From Lama guanicoe (lineage: Eukaryota), in the NCBI GenBank assembly GCA_013239625.1, contig MU054187.1:24554433-24618432 (forward strand): 64,000 nt of DNA, in the 5' to 3' direction. The translations under genes and the position numbers were made by a program. Positions 43,234-55,514 of this stretch are shown piece by piece. Below the pieces are notes generated by a model. That model ran no database searches, was not told where the DNA came from, and worked only from the letters and a program-made list of their open reading frames with translations. Each line of letters begins with the position of its first letter. Positions within the stretch are counted from its first letter, which is position 1.

Positions 43234-43323
43234 TTACAGAGTGCTTCAAGTACCATTCCCTTCTGTGACAAGAAGAAAATGGAGTCATCTACGAACATAC
43301 CTGTAAATGATGGTGCACAGGAG
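43234..43323 (+). CDS. RIPK2: RIPK2 coding exon 8 (90 nt)
   Basis: LQSASSTIPFCDKKKMESSTNIPVNDGAQE; CAG/GT boundaries. Confidence 0.95.
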
Positions 43324-43349
43324 GTAAAAAAAAATATGTTATTAATAAA

Positions 43350-43630
43350 CTCATTGAATTATAGTCAGTTTACAATGTTGTATCAATTTCTGGTGTACAG
43401 CACAATAGTTCAGTCATACATGAATATACATATATTCATTTTCATATTCTTTTTCACCATGAGCTACTACAGGATAGTGAATACATTTCCCTGTGCTATA
43501 CAGTATAAACTTGTTTATCTATTTTATATGTACCTGTCAGTATCTGCAAATCTAGAACTCCCAGTTTATCCCTTCAAACCCCCCTCCCCCAAGGTAACCA
43601 CGGGTCTGTGTTCTGTGTCTGTGAGTCTGA
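43350..43630 (-). mobile_element. Young L1 3' end just after the exon 8 donor
   Basis: attgaattatagtcagtttacaatgttgtatcaatttctggtgtacagcac...gtgagtctg. Confidence 0.88.
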
Positions 43631-44552
43631 AATCCAGCTCTCTTTAATTCTCAGTGCATTGTTCATCTCACTAATCACAGTCCTTGCATCTTTGTTAGGC
43701 ATTGACTTCTGTCCCTGTCTTTGTTTTATATAATGGATGGTGTTCAGGATGCTACGTAGGCAAGTCATTGATTACAGTTCAGCCACTGTATTTATACCTT
43801 CTTATCCAAATGTAAAAGAGCTAAAATACCTGCCTTGTTCTTACCTCTTCCAATGATTAATATCCAAAAAGAAAGATCTCTTTAGTAGCTTTTATTCACA
43901 TTTATTTCACATTAATGATTTTTTTAAGATATGTCCTCTTTACAGATTCCAGAAAAGTCATAATACCTTCAAAATGAACCTTAATGCACAGTCTTAGAAT
44001 CATCCTTATATACAGATCTCATTGGATCCTTGACCCACACATGCACGTTTTTAGATGGATATTACAGAAAAAGAACCTGAGAGCCAGAGAGTTGAAATGC
44101 CTTGTCAAAGCTTAGGCAGTAATTCCATGACAGAGCTAGGCTTGGGGCCAAGTTCTGCATTACTTTTTCCATGGATTCCCACTCCTGGATACTAAAGGAA
44201 CCCAAGACATTGGTAATAGGCATTTGCTCTAAATCGGCAGGCAATCAGAGTTGCAGATTGCAAATTTCTCTTTGGCCAGACAAAGCCTCTGAGATTATGT
44301 AAAAAACATTAAAAATAATGATTTCTAATATATTTAATTATTGCCCCACCCTCCCTAACTTGATTTGATAAATCAAGTTCATTTTTGTTTGTCATTTTAT
44401 ATGTGTGTTTCTTTAATTTTGTAAGGTCTAATTTGTAGTAGTTTTAATTCTTTGTTTATAATAAGCCAAAAGAACCTTTTAAAAATGAAAGCTGCATTAC
44501 CTTAAAAATGATTTCTCATTAACGTGAATCATTTATCTTCCATTTACTTTAG

Positions 44553-44640
44553 GAATCGTGTGACTCCTCTCAGCTCCGTAAAACTACTCCTAGAACCTCG
44601 GGGTTCCTGTCAGCTCCTCAAGACAATGATTTTTTACCTA
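44553..44640 (+). CDS. RIPK2: RIPK2 coding exon 9 (88 nt)
   Basis: ESCDSSQLRKTTPRTSGFLSAPQDNDFLP(R); TAG/GTATGT boundaries; phases fit the neighbouring exons. Confidence 0.94.
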
Positions 44641-45149
44641 GTATGTAAATTTTTCCAATCAGTATTACTTGCAAGTTTTTCATTTTCTTTCAAGGTCATA
44701 TTCTTGGCAAACAGTCATGGTTTGTGTGACATGTCTTTCATTTGCATTCATAACTCATTTTTAGAAAGTGACATTCTAAAGATGTGGAAATAGTAGTGTG
44801 ATGTTAAACAAATACATTTAAATATTAAGATCATTATATTAGACACTACAGAAAGATATAAAAAGAATCTCTTGTAAGAAAGAAGAGAAACGTTTCAAAG
44901 TAATTATAGCATGAAATAGCAAGCAATGTGTTGTGAAAGGGATAAGGATGCAGGACTATGGTGATACAGTGAGACAGTGACAGTTTTTACAAAGTACTTT
45001 CACAACAACCTTGTGAGGGAGATATTCCTCATTTTACAGATTCTTAGGATCAAGACTTCTGGATCATAGTTAGTAGCTGGCAAATCCAAGACTCGAAGCC
45101 AGGTCTTTTGATAAATATTTTCATGTCACTCTACTACACCATGTTGTCA

Positions 45150-45980
45150 TCATGAAGAAGTTATATCTGGCTGAAGGTTGGACATCCTGTAGTTATACAG
45201 GATGGGCTTTCCAGGCAGAACGAACAACATAGAGGCAAAGAAGCAAGAAAACACAGAGAACAGTGAGTAGTTGGGTTTAGCTGGCAAAGAGGGTAAATGG
45301 AAGGAGATAAAAGATCAAGAGGGTGGAGTCATAGCATCATGAATTCTAGGATGTGAGGCTAAGCCATTCCGTCTCTTTTGCTCGGGATAGGGAGCAACTA
45401 CTGCAAATTTTTGAGCAAGGGTGTGACGTGTTAAAATATTTTGCTTTAAGAAGATTCATCCTGGCTGGAATACGTAGGATATTTTGGAAAGAAAAGGAGA
45501 CCCGAGGTGGGGAGAGCCGTTAGGAGACTGTTGGTCTATTACTGTGGTGCAGGTGAGAGGTCATGAGGCCTGCCCCAGAGTCTGAAAGGGGAGAATGGTG
45601 TAAGAGATGTTACAGGGACACACTGATAGGACTTGATGACTTTTCACTTGCAGGATGAAAGAGAGACAAAAAGATAAAGCTGAACAAGTTGTTTAGCCTG
45701 GTGACTGGGAGAACACTGATGTTATTAATAGAAATAGGAGTTGAAACAGGTTTAGGGTTAAGATGAATAATTAATGTTTAATGAATAATTAGTGAATAAT
45801 TTAATGTTTCTTTTTTAATTTGAGGTGTTCAGCAGCACATATGAGGGTGATGGCCAGTGGGCTGTTGAAAAATATAAGACTAAGGTTCAGCGAAGACAAA
45901 ATCTAATTCCATAGATTTGGGAAGAGAGGTGATTTGAGGCCCTGAGGTTAAATAAGATGACCAAAGGAGAGTATGGAAAG
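45150..45980. mobile_element. Ancient L2 LINE fragment
   Basis: Purine-rich decayed L2 pattern (ttttgagcaagggtgtgacgtg...taggagactgttgg...caggtgagaggtcatg); similar at ~60.2-60.9 kb. Confidence 0.55.
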
Positions 45981-46315
45981 ACACATGTCACATATATACA
46001 TTTAGAGGATACATTCAAAATGCAAAAGGATGAAGACAACACAAGGAAAACATGGGACTAGATGAAGAAGTAAATTTCCATGGTTTATCATGTACATAGG
46101 ACAGGCAGGCACAGACAGGAGTATGGTAAGAACGTTCAGCATAAACCCTTTTTTGTTCTAAAAAAATATTTACTTGTAGAATTAGGTTTATTAGGTAGTG
46201 AAAAATTAAAGACACTGAATATTACCCTCTGTATGACTCAGCTGTTTTTATTTTAGCCAATAGTAATAGCTAAGGGATTACACTACCCCCTAAGGAAGAT
46301 GTTTTTGTTTTACAG

Positions 46316-46471
46316 GAAAAACGCAAGACTTTTCTGTGCTGCGTCAGTGTCCAGTAAATCACAGTTGGAACAGTAACATTTCTGTGGCTCAGAGGGCAGC
46401 ATGCTGTGATCACAAGACTGCCCCGTGTTCTTTAGCGATAATAAATCCACTCTCAGCTGAGGGAAATTCAG
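46316..46471 (+). CDS. RIPK2: RIPK2 coding exon 10 (156 nt)
   Basis: (R)[51 protein letters not shown]. Confidence 0.95.
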
Positions 46472-47053
46472 GTAGATATCTACTGTGAAACCCTTCGTAA
46501 ATGGTGCCACCTCACAGCTATATGTTCAGTAGGTTTATAGATTTGCCATGCAATCAGTTTGTTTTTAATTCTTCAGTATGATAAATACATACCATAAGCA
46601 GAAAAGCATCTCCAACTCCAAAAGATGTGAGTGTTGACATGTAATAATAGGGCTAAATGGTATTCCATGAACCTCTGTTTAGGGAGGGAGTGCTAAGAGG
46701 AGATGTGACTTAATATGTTGCTGAAGGTAAATATACTTTTATTTAACAAATATGCAGGTATCCTTTATGTTTAAAAAAAAAAAGACTTGAAAAAATCTTG
46801 ATATTTGCCCTCATGATTTATAGCATATAAAAAGGCTGTGCTTTTTCTTGGAGGGGAAGGGAAGAGGTAACCCAAGTGTCTGAATGTTTCCTGAAAATTA
46901 ATAGCATCCGCCAGAATATTGGTAACGTTCCATATTAGCACAATCTTAGTAAAATTAGGTTTTATGCTTTATTATTTCATTTTTCATCTGATTTTACTCA
47001 TAGAGATATACCCATCCCCACCTTTTTGCTTGTCATCCCTTGCCCTCCCACAG

Positions 47054-47391
47054 AGCGATTTCAGCCTGGAATAGCCCAGCAGTGGATTCAGAGTAAGAGA
47101 GAAGACATTGTGAGCCAGATGACTGAAGCCTGCCTTAACCAGTCGCTGGATGCCCTTCTGTCCAGGGATCTGATCATGAAGGAGGACTATGAACTCATTA
47201 GTACTAAACCTACAAGGACCTCAAAAGTCAGACAACTGCTGGACACCAGTGACATCCAAGGGGAAGAATTTGCCAAGGTTATAGTACAAAAGTTGAAGGA
47301 CAACAAGCAAATGGGTCTTCAGCCTTACCCAGAGATACTTTTGGTTTCTCAATTACCATCTTTAAATTTATTTCAAAATAAAAGCTTATAA
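47054..47391 (+). CDS. RIPK2: RIPK2 coding exon 11 (338 nt to stop, CARD domain)
   Basis: (E)[47 protein letters not shown]...QNKSL, TAA. Spliced CDS totals 1611 nt, 536 aa. Confidence 0.98.
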
Positions 47392-49713
47392 GTGACTCTT
47401 TTTCAAGAAGAAAATTCAGTTTATAAAAGTGTATTTTGTATTTTTATTGCCTTGATCATATTGTTTATATAAGATCCACATGAGTATTAAAAACTTGAAT
47501 GAAGTTTCTTCTTCAGATAAATATTAGTCTCCTTTCATGACATTATAGTATTTTTTTTAAGTTAACACAGTAGAAAGTTTACATTTTGCTACATAGTTCA
47601 ATTATTTTGTCTGGTTAATTGAAACTATCTTTTTAATATAATAATTATATTTTTCTTGTACATAACAGTGTCTTTAGGTTTCATGTGTTTTTCATGGAAG
47701 CCATTTTCATATTCACTTTCTTTGTGGATTATTTATTACTTACCTAGGATAATTGGCTTTTTGATGTGTACCTTTTATATACTTAAATCAGTGTTAGTAC
47801 AGCACATTCCTCCCCTATAGTCCTTGGTTCCAGTCCTTCCAAGAGCATTGTTCATTAAACTGTTATCCACATTACACTTCTAAATGTTATTTATTGAATT
47901 CTTTAAAATTGTTTCCAAGATAAAGCCATACAAAGTATATAAAGAAAAAAATTAATCTTTCTATATATGTTTCTACCCTCATTTCTAGCCTCAGCTAACA
48001 ACCAAGGTAACCAAAGTTAACAGCAGATGTGTATGTTTCTATTCCTTTTTTCCTGGCTCATATTTAAAGTATATAAAAAAATAAGAATAAAAACAAAGTA
48101 TATGTTCATTTGGGAAAAGATCTTTTCTTAATATTATCATCACTGTATCATCCTGCAGCCTGAATTTTGCATCATATGCAGCCTCCCAGATCATGTCCAG
48201 ATCTAACTCCTCCTTTTTAATTGCTGCGTAATACTATCGGAACCACTTTTTAAATTTTAACTTGTTCATACCAATAATAAAGATAAAGTGTGAGTTCTTT
48301 TTTCTGGTTAGTGGGTTATGCCACTAAAGTGAAAAGTTAGAAGGAATAATAGCCCTTTTCTGAAAATGTCTGTCAGTACGTGTGATACAGGATACATTTG
48401 AAAGTGCAGACTTTCAAGTTGGGCCCTACAGTATGACCCGTAGTATGAAAAAATAAAAATGAGTAGATGGCCTTGAGGCAATTAAATATTATTTTTAAGT
48501 AACTATTGTAATCTCCATTTTGGAGCTGGGTATTAACCTGTGGTGCATCATTACTGCTCCTCTGAGAAATACGGAAATTAATAGGGAAAGACAGAAACTA
48601 AGTATATGAGTTATCTTTTATCATAGCTTATTTTTAAAGTGTTTGGATAAAGATTTAATTTGGCAAATGAGGGAAAAAACCTCTCTGGGGGGTTTTCCCC
48701 TTTATACATTTTTTTAAATTATTTTGAACCTTGATGGTTTCAAATTGATTTTTATATCAGTTTGATGACATGGTATCTGGATTGATAAAGTGAGCTCTGC
48801 CCAGTTTTTTCCGTTTTCTTTGCCCAGCTCTAAAAAGACAGGTTTCCAGTCAGCCTGTATGCCTGTGGCTCCATGCATGACAGCCACTTTCTCCCATAAC
48901 TTAATGTAAGAGAGGCATAGATGTAGCCATTCTTTGTTTCAGCTCTGCCAACTTTACCTGCACAGATAACATCAATGTATTGATGGAGAAGGTGGTATGA
49001 AGGATCAAGATGAATCTACAGTGAGCTCCCATCCGATACAGAACTGCTGCCATCTCCGCAGCCAGTTTTCATTGTAGCCCATGTTTGACAACACGATGTT
49101 TAGGGGGAGTTGCGACAGGGTATTCCGAGTATGATCTGTCAGTATGGAACAGGGCTTGGCACAGATGCTTTCTAAGAATCTCTTTAATTAATGGTTCAGT
49201 GGAATGAAAGCTGAAGGGAGGAGGAAGATGCTTGAAATCATATTCAAGATGCAAAGCAAACTAGAGCTAGTAAATAGGACTGTTGTAGGCAGTATGCAAA
49301 CCACTAAATTCACATTTGAGTCACATAGTAAGGAAGCTCTTTCTAATTCTGAGCTTCTAATTAAGTAAAGGAGTTGTGTTATCGTCCTTTATCCCCTTTA
49401 TCATCTGTTATTAACAAGAAGACAGAAAAATATTCAGCAAGAATTTTACAGTTCTTTTCATTGTATTTCATTTGAAAACGACCTACATCTCTATAGTATG
49501 TGAAGTTTTTCTTTTGCAGTGTTCAAATAAAAAGACACTTTGAAGTACTAAATTACAGGTAGTACACCGGAATGTGAGCCACAGAAGTAGTAAGAGAATG
49601 ATTTTAAGATTCAGTCACTCGAGGAAGAAAACAAAATTTTATAGTATTTTTTTTTAACTAGACAATGATAGATAATGGTAAAGATGGCACACTTTGCACT
49701 GTATTTTAAGACA

Positions 49714-49880
49714 GTGCTACCCAGAGTAGTCCACAGAGCAACTGTATTAGCATCTCCCGGAGCTTGTGAGAAATGCAAACTCGTGGCCCCTATCTCAGAC
49801 CTTTTAAATCAATCTGGTCGTGAGTCCAGGACTCTGTTTTAACAAACCCTCCAGGCCATTTATGCATGCTAAAGTTTAAG
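49714..49880. mobile_element. MER5A-like hAT MITE
   Basis: agcatctcccggagcttgtgagaaatgcaaactc...tgttttaacaaaccctccagg...atgctaaagtttaag. Confidence 0.75.
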
Positions 49881-50428
49881 GTCCTTTATTTCAAGAAACT
49901 CGACAGAATTGAGTGAAATAATTTCTCTTTACGTTCACAGATCTGTTTTCCTTCTGTGACTGTCACGTTGTCTTCAGAATGTAGCTTCAGGACTGAGGTT
50001 TAACTAGAAATGTTTACTTTTTTTTTCATCCAACTTCAATTTCCAGAACAATTTTAGTCACATTTTGCATTTTGAAATGATCACTTAAACATGACAATCA
50101 GATCAGTAGATTAGAATCTACAACTCAGCTCTTTAAGGAAGAACTTCAGAAGAGACAAACGAATTCTAACAGTGGAAGAGCAGAGCTGATGTGGGGCGAG
50201 ACAAGAAGCAAGACTAAATTATGCTGGAAGTTATAGTAAAGAAGAAGGTGGCTTTTATTTCGCTTTCGCATTAATCCTCTGCCTACCCTTACTCTCCCTT
50301 GGTCAACTTTTGAAGGAAGGTTAATAAGATGGCCACACTTAGGCTAAAAGATTGCTTATTCTTATGCTTGCTCTTAAAACGGTCAACTGACATGACCAAC
50401 CTGTTGCTACTCACAGCTCCCGGCCCAT

Positions 50429-50903
50429 TGTTGAAACTAAAGCTATTAATCTTACTGTTTCTACTTTATTTCAGTAATCAAAAGTAATAATCATGCTTGG
50501 AATCTGAGTGGATCTCCAGGGAGAAGGGCACAGAACTGTAACCTTATGAAGTAAGCTAAACACAAAGAAGACCACGCCTTGAGTGTTTACGAGGTAAAGA
50601 GATTGAAAAAGTGACAACCGCTAGCCTCTATAGACTTGGTGGCCTGGAGCCATCATGATGCCACTCTAAGTCGTCTGATGAGAAAATGATTCTGCTGATT
50701 GTTATCAATGCTCTATTGTTTGAGCTCTGGCTTTACCCACTCCACCCCATCCCCTAGGTGGGCCCACAGTGTTGAAGACACTAGCCTGCGGTGAGTCCCC
50801 TTTGCCCGGCAAAGCAACAAAGCTGCCTCTTTTCTTCTAAGCTCCAAACCTTGTCTCTGGGTTATTCGGCCCATCTGGGACAGGGGCTGATCTTTCAGCA
50901 ACA
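50429..50903 (+). mobile_element. Solo ERV LTR
   Basis: TGTTG...CAACA terminal inverted ends, ~475 bp, U5-like ctccaaaccttgtctctgggttattcggc. Confidence 0.65.
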
Positions 50904-51449
50904 CAACTACTCAATTTACTAATCTATGAAGAAAAAGTAGGACCAATGGGAGAACAGGAGACTTCTTTCATGCTTAGCCCCCTCACAAACGTTGGTTTCA
51001 GAAATGTGTTTCTTCCCTAAAATTGTGCCTCCCGTCTCCCACAGAGCCTCCTTCCCAAACTACCTCCTGCTTTTCTCTCTCTTTCCACTGGATCTTTTTT
51101 GTCCAATCCCTACACCCAGATTTCCTTATCAACAAAATTCCTTTGCTTGACCTGTTCTCCCTTCTAATCCTTTTTTTCTGAAAAATTATTCTACACCGTC
51201 TCTACGCTTGTTGCCAACTTTGTTCTTAACCATTTAAAATTTGATGTCAGAATCAGTGAATCTCTGGGTTGAAAGGCATAATTGTTCATCAGATATGCCT
51301 CAAATTCCTCTACAATAACGATGTTAAATGGACATGTATCTTGTGATCAAAACTTTCATTGATGATGGGGGAATTTATTGCCTGTCAAGGTAATGTACTT
51401 CATCTCCAGATAGTTCTACCAGATAGTTCTTTCCTATACAAAATGAAAT

Positions 51450-51970
51450 TATTTTTAAGGCAAGACAAGAAATTTTTTAAACATAAAATTATCTCTCTGA
51501 TCATTTGAGCCACTACCCCCTCCCCTGTACTATGAATTATGTATCTGCATTGTACAGTAACTCGATCTCCTTAGAAGACACAGGAATGCTTACTCTCCAA
51601 ATAATAATAATAATTATTATTATTATTTATTTATTTTATTATTATTATTATTTTCTCCTGGGGCCCACAAAGTAACTTCTTAGGAGATATTCCTTTCTCA
51701 ATCCTGTAAGGGGTCGTGATGACACAATACTTGCCTTGTGACTATGTAAACTCTCAATGTGTAACTTTGATGTATAATCCTTTGTCTCAAAAGCTTATAT
51801 GATTATGCTTTGACCTCTAACAGACAGGACAGTCCTCAGGGCTTTCTGGAAGACTGTCTCCCAAGTTATAATCCTCAGGTTGGCTAAAATAAAATTTTCC
51901 ATTTCTCTCTTAGATTGACTATTGATTTTTCTTTCTTTCTTTCTTTCTTTCTTTCTTTTTTTTTGATGGC
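51450..51970 (+). mobile_element. Solo ERV LTR with internal (ATT)n and (CTTT)n microsatellites
   Basis: tatatgattatgctttgacctctaac...tctggaagactgtctcccaagttataatcctcaggttggctaaaataaaattttcc. The 5' end is approximate. Confidence 0.65.
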
Positions 51971-52051
51971 ACCAACATCTACACTGATTTAAACATTTAT
52001 TTCCCTGTTGCATGTATCTATTGGTCGTAGTCCAAACCTTGGGATAGTTTT

Positions 52052-52455
52052 GTTAAAAAGAAAACCAAAGGCCCAAAACAGAGTCACTTGAGCCCGGCTC
52101 ACATCACCAAACTGGGGCTTAATACCTAACCTAATTGCAGTTCCAGCCTTCTCTAGAAACGTCCATCTGGAATTTTCTGGTCAGCACCAGTGAGGTAATC
52201 TGCCATATAGACCTCCCCCGTCTGCTTTTTGTCCCTCACATACACCCCTTCTGTCCCCCAAAAGGAAATGACCTCACCCAAAACAACCCTTTTTGTTTAC
52301 AACTTCCTTGTCCTGCCTTTAAAAACCTTCCCCCTTTTCTGTAGCTCTTTGAAGCCCCTTTTATTAACTAGGTGGGATGCTGCCCCACTCTTGAATCACT
52401 TAATAAAGCTAATTAGATCTTTAAAATACACTCAGGTGAGTTTTGCTATTGAGTA
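52052..52455 (+). mobile_element. Solo ERV LTR
   Basis: TGTTAAAAAGAAAACC start, TTTAAAA TATA-like box, AATAAA ~52402. Confidence 0.65.
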
Positions 52456-53600
52456 AATCTAACCCCTCTTCCATATGACAGCACTTCCCATGATTCCAGG
52501 AAACTTCTGTTTCTGATGATTTTCTTTTTTTTTTTTTTTTCCTGCTGCAGAATAATCCCTCCTTCCTTCAGTGGCTATTTAAGAGGCATAATCTCCATTC
52601 CTCTCAAAGTATGGTACCCAGAACTGCACACAGTGCTGCCAATCTGGCTAGGTCTTAGCAGCACAGTAGAGACAGCTCTTCCCTCATTGTTAACACACTA
52701 AAAGACCATTTTTTAGCAGTCACATTTCACTGCTGAATCCATACATAACCCTTAGCTAAAAACCCTCTGTCTTTTATATCTATGCTGTTTTGTCTTATTC
52801 CTCCTTGGGTTTTTAGGCCCATGTACAACACTTTGCCTTCATCACTCTTAGTTTTCCTAACTTAATCTCTAGTTCCAGTCATTCAGTGTGCAGTTTTGAT
52901 TCCTAAATCTGAAATCTCCCATCTTGTCTTCCACAAATTTGACAAAGTTACCTTTTGTGATTTCATCTAAGTTACTAATTAAAATGTTGAATGGAGCTGG
53001 GCCAGGGAAAAAGCCTACAAAATACCAGAGGCTTCCTCCCTTCAACTTGATGAAACTCAATTAATCATCACTATTTAGGTATAGCCATTCACCTAGTCAC
53101 TAAGGAACATAACTGAAATATTTTTAAGTATTTACACATCATTTATTATGAAAAAATATGAAATCTACAAGTTTAACCAAAATAATTTCTATGTCCAGGT
53201 CTGTTTTTAAAGCATTGGCTTCTGTTTTTTCAAGCTAAAATATGTATTTCAATGTAAGCACACTTTTTTTTTTCTTGGCAAGAAGTACAGTAAAATATTA
53301 TAAGAGACATGTCTTCTCTCCTTACATAGAAACAGTATGGTATTGCTCAGGCCCTGCTTACAAAATCTTGGTGCAAGGCACTATGCCCACCAAAATCTTA
53401 CATTTAAGGATACCAGTTGTATAAAGGATCCCCAAGTTTAACATCTGGGGAAAAAAATCTAAGAAAATCAAAGACTAAACAGAAGACAACCTTAAAATAT
53501 AAATAATACCTGTAGAGAAATTTGGGTAGGTATATCTTTAAAACTAGAAGTTACTATGAAATAGAAACTACTAGAAAAATTTTAAACTGTGATCCTCAAA

Positions 53601-55514
53601 ACATTTACAGTGTGTGTGTTTGTGTGAGGCCCGACCCGGGCCGCATCCTGATGCGGGGTCTGCCCCTGAATCCCAGGGTCCAGGGGTCCCGAGGCCGCTC
53701 TGCAGCCAGCCCCCTCGCCTCAGTGTTTGATCTCAAGGATGGAGGGGTTGTGGTCCAGGATGGCAAGGATAATCTTGTCCACGTACTGCCTCAGCCGGAA
53801 GTTGATCTCTCCCTGCTCCTTTAGGGCTTCCATGAGCTCAGCGCGAGAGGCCGTGTCAATCTCCGCAGCCAGAGACTGGGCTTTGGTCTGGGTGGCAAAC
53901 AGGTTCTTTGCCTCTTAGAGGCTGAGTTTCATGATCTGCCCGTTCAAGTCATCATTCTGATCTCGCAGTTTGTGATTCTCCTGCTTGAGCCGCTTGATCT
54001 CGTGTTCCAGCTCCAACTCTCGGGCCCGGGCACTGAACTCGCCCAGGCCGGAGGACGAGCCGCGGCCCCTGCCTGGCCGCTCGCAGTCCAGCTTGTACGT
54101 CTGCAGGTGCTCCAGCTCCTTCCGCAGGTCCTCGATGAGCTCCTGCGTCGCCTCCCGCTCCTTCTGGAACTCAAGGCGGTTCTGCCTCAGCTTGTCCATC
54201 ACATGCTTGTTCAGGTCCATCTCATCCTTGAGCCGCAGGCTGGTGTCCTCCAGCCGGTCAGACATGCGCTGCCGCTCCTCATCCAGTTTCTCTGTTTGTG
54301 ACTTGAGTCGAGGCACTGTCGTTCTGAGCTCAGTGTTTTCTTCTAACTGCTGCACCTGGAGTTGAGCAGCTCGGTCTCCGTGCCCCGCTCCCGCTCCAGC
54401 CGGCCGTAGGCCTCGCGGTGGCGCCGCGCCTCCTCCTCCAGGGCCTGCTCAGCCTTGGTCTCTTGATCCTTCACCATCTCCTCCAGCTCGTGCACCCTGT
54501 GCACCAGCTGCGTGTTCTCCTGCTTCAGCTTGCTCTTCAGGTCCCCGTTGGTCAGGCTGTCATTCTCCAGCTCTGTCACCTTTTTTTCCAGGAAGCTCAC
54601 CTTCGCTGTGGCGTCGTTGTCACAGGAGTCGATGCTGTCCCGGAAGAGGTCCTCAGTGCTGCCGTTACTGCTGCTGAAGTTGCTGCTGTGCATGAACTGC
54701 CGTCCGAAGGCTGCGCTAGAGATCTTTCGGCTGGGGCTACTGGCCTTCAGGTTTCTGAGTCGGGCTCCCAGGTCATTGAGCAGGTTGATTTTCTTACAGC
54801 ACTGAGGGCAGTAAACGTCCAGCCGTTCGCTGTTGTACGCATGCCGCATTTTCCTAGGCGTCTGCCCCGCGCTGGAGGACACGGACGACCCCAGGTCCGA
54901 GTAGACATTGGTCCTGGCCTCGTCGTCGGGACAGGGGCTGCTGGGGGCACAGTCCACATCATCCGCCTCCGCGTAGTCTTCAAACTGCTCCTCGTTGCTG
55001 ATGAGCGAGGTGGTGGAGTGCGTGGAGCGGTCTGGCGTCGTCATAGACGGAGTGTGGCCCAGGGACTTGTCCTCCGGCAGGAACAGGGCCCCGCGGCCCG
55101 CGGCCTTCTCCTCGGCAGGAATCCTGACCGCCCCCTCCAGGCCCTGGGTGCTCTCCAAGGGGCCGTCCATGTCCGACTCTTGGGGGCCCTCGGGTGGGGC
55201 GAGCGCCACAGCCTCGTCCTCGTCCTCGGGAAAGAAGCCGGGCTCCCTGAGGAGGAGCTCGCCGTCAGCAGAGGTGGGGCTGGCCCCGCGCTGCCCTGGC
55301 CCACGGAGGCCGGCGGGGTGCGCATCCCCCGTCCGGCCGCAGGTCGGTGCGCGGCGGAATGACGGGAAGCCGGCGGGCGCGGGTCGGCGGGGCAGACGGA
55401 GACACAGCGGGCGGCGCGCAGGGCGCAGGACAGTCCGGTCCCAGCCGCGGCTGCTCGCTGGGTTGGGCATCGGTTGAAGGCGCCGGCCCCGCCCCCACCC
55501 GCGCCCGTTGCCGC
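53601..55514 (-). pseudogene. RAB11FIP4: Processed pseudogene of RAB11FIP4 (short isoform without the EF-hand N-terminus)
   Basis: Intronless. ATG 55325 (MRTPPASVGQ), then ADGELLLREPGFFPED...CCKKINLLNDL...FRLRQYVDKIILAILDHNPSILEIKH, TGA 53720-53722. Frameshifts at ~55285 and ~54356; premature TAA 53915-53917. The 3' boundary is uncertain (53601 or 53275). Confidence 0.93.

Noticed and set aside
47377..47382. AATAAA at the end of the RIPK2 CDS as the polyA signal
   Set aside because: It overlaps the Asn-Lys codons. Downstream candidates exist (ATTAAA 47486, AATAAA 48086), and the true site cannot be determined from sequence alone.
22854..51432. Scattered 13-20 bp tandem duplications (~22854, ~32730, ~36467, ~45765, ~51407)
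   Set aside because: Ordinary slippage duplications with two or three units and no spacer structure; not CRISPR-like.
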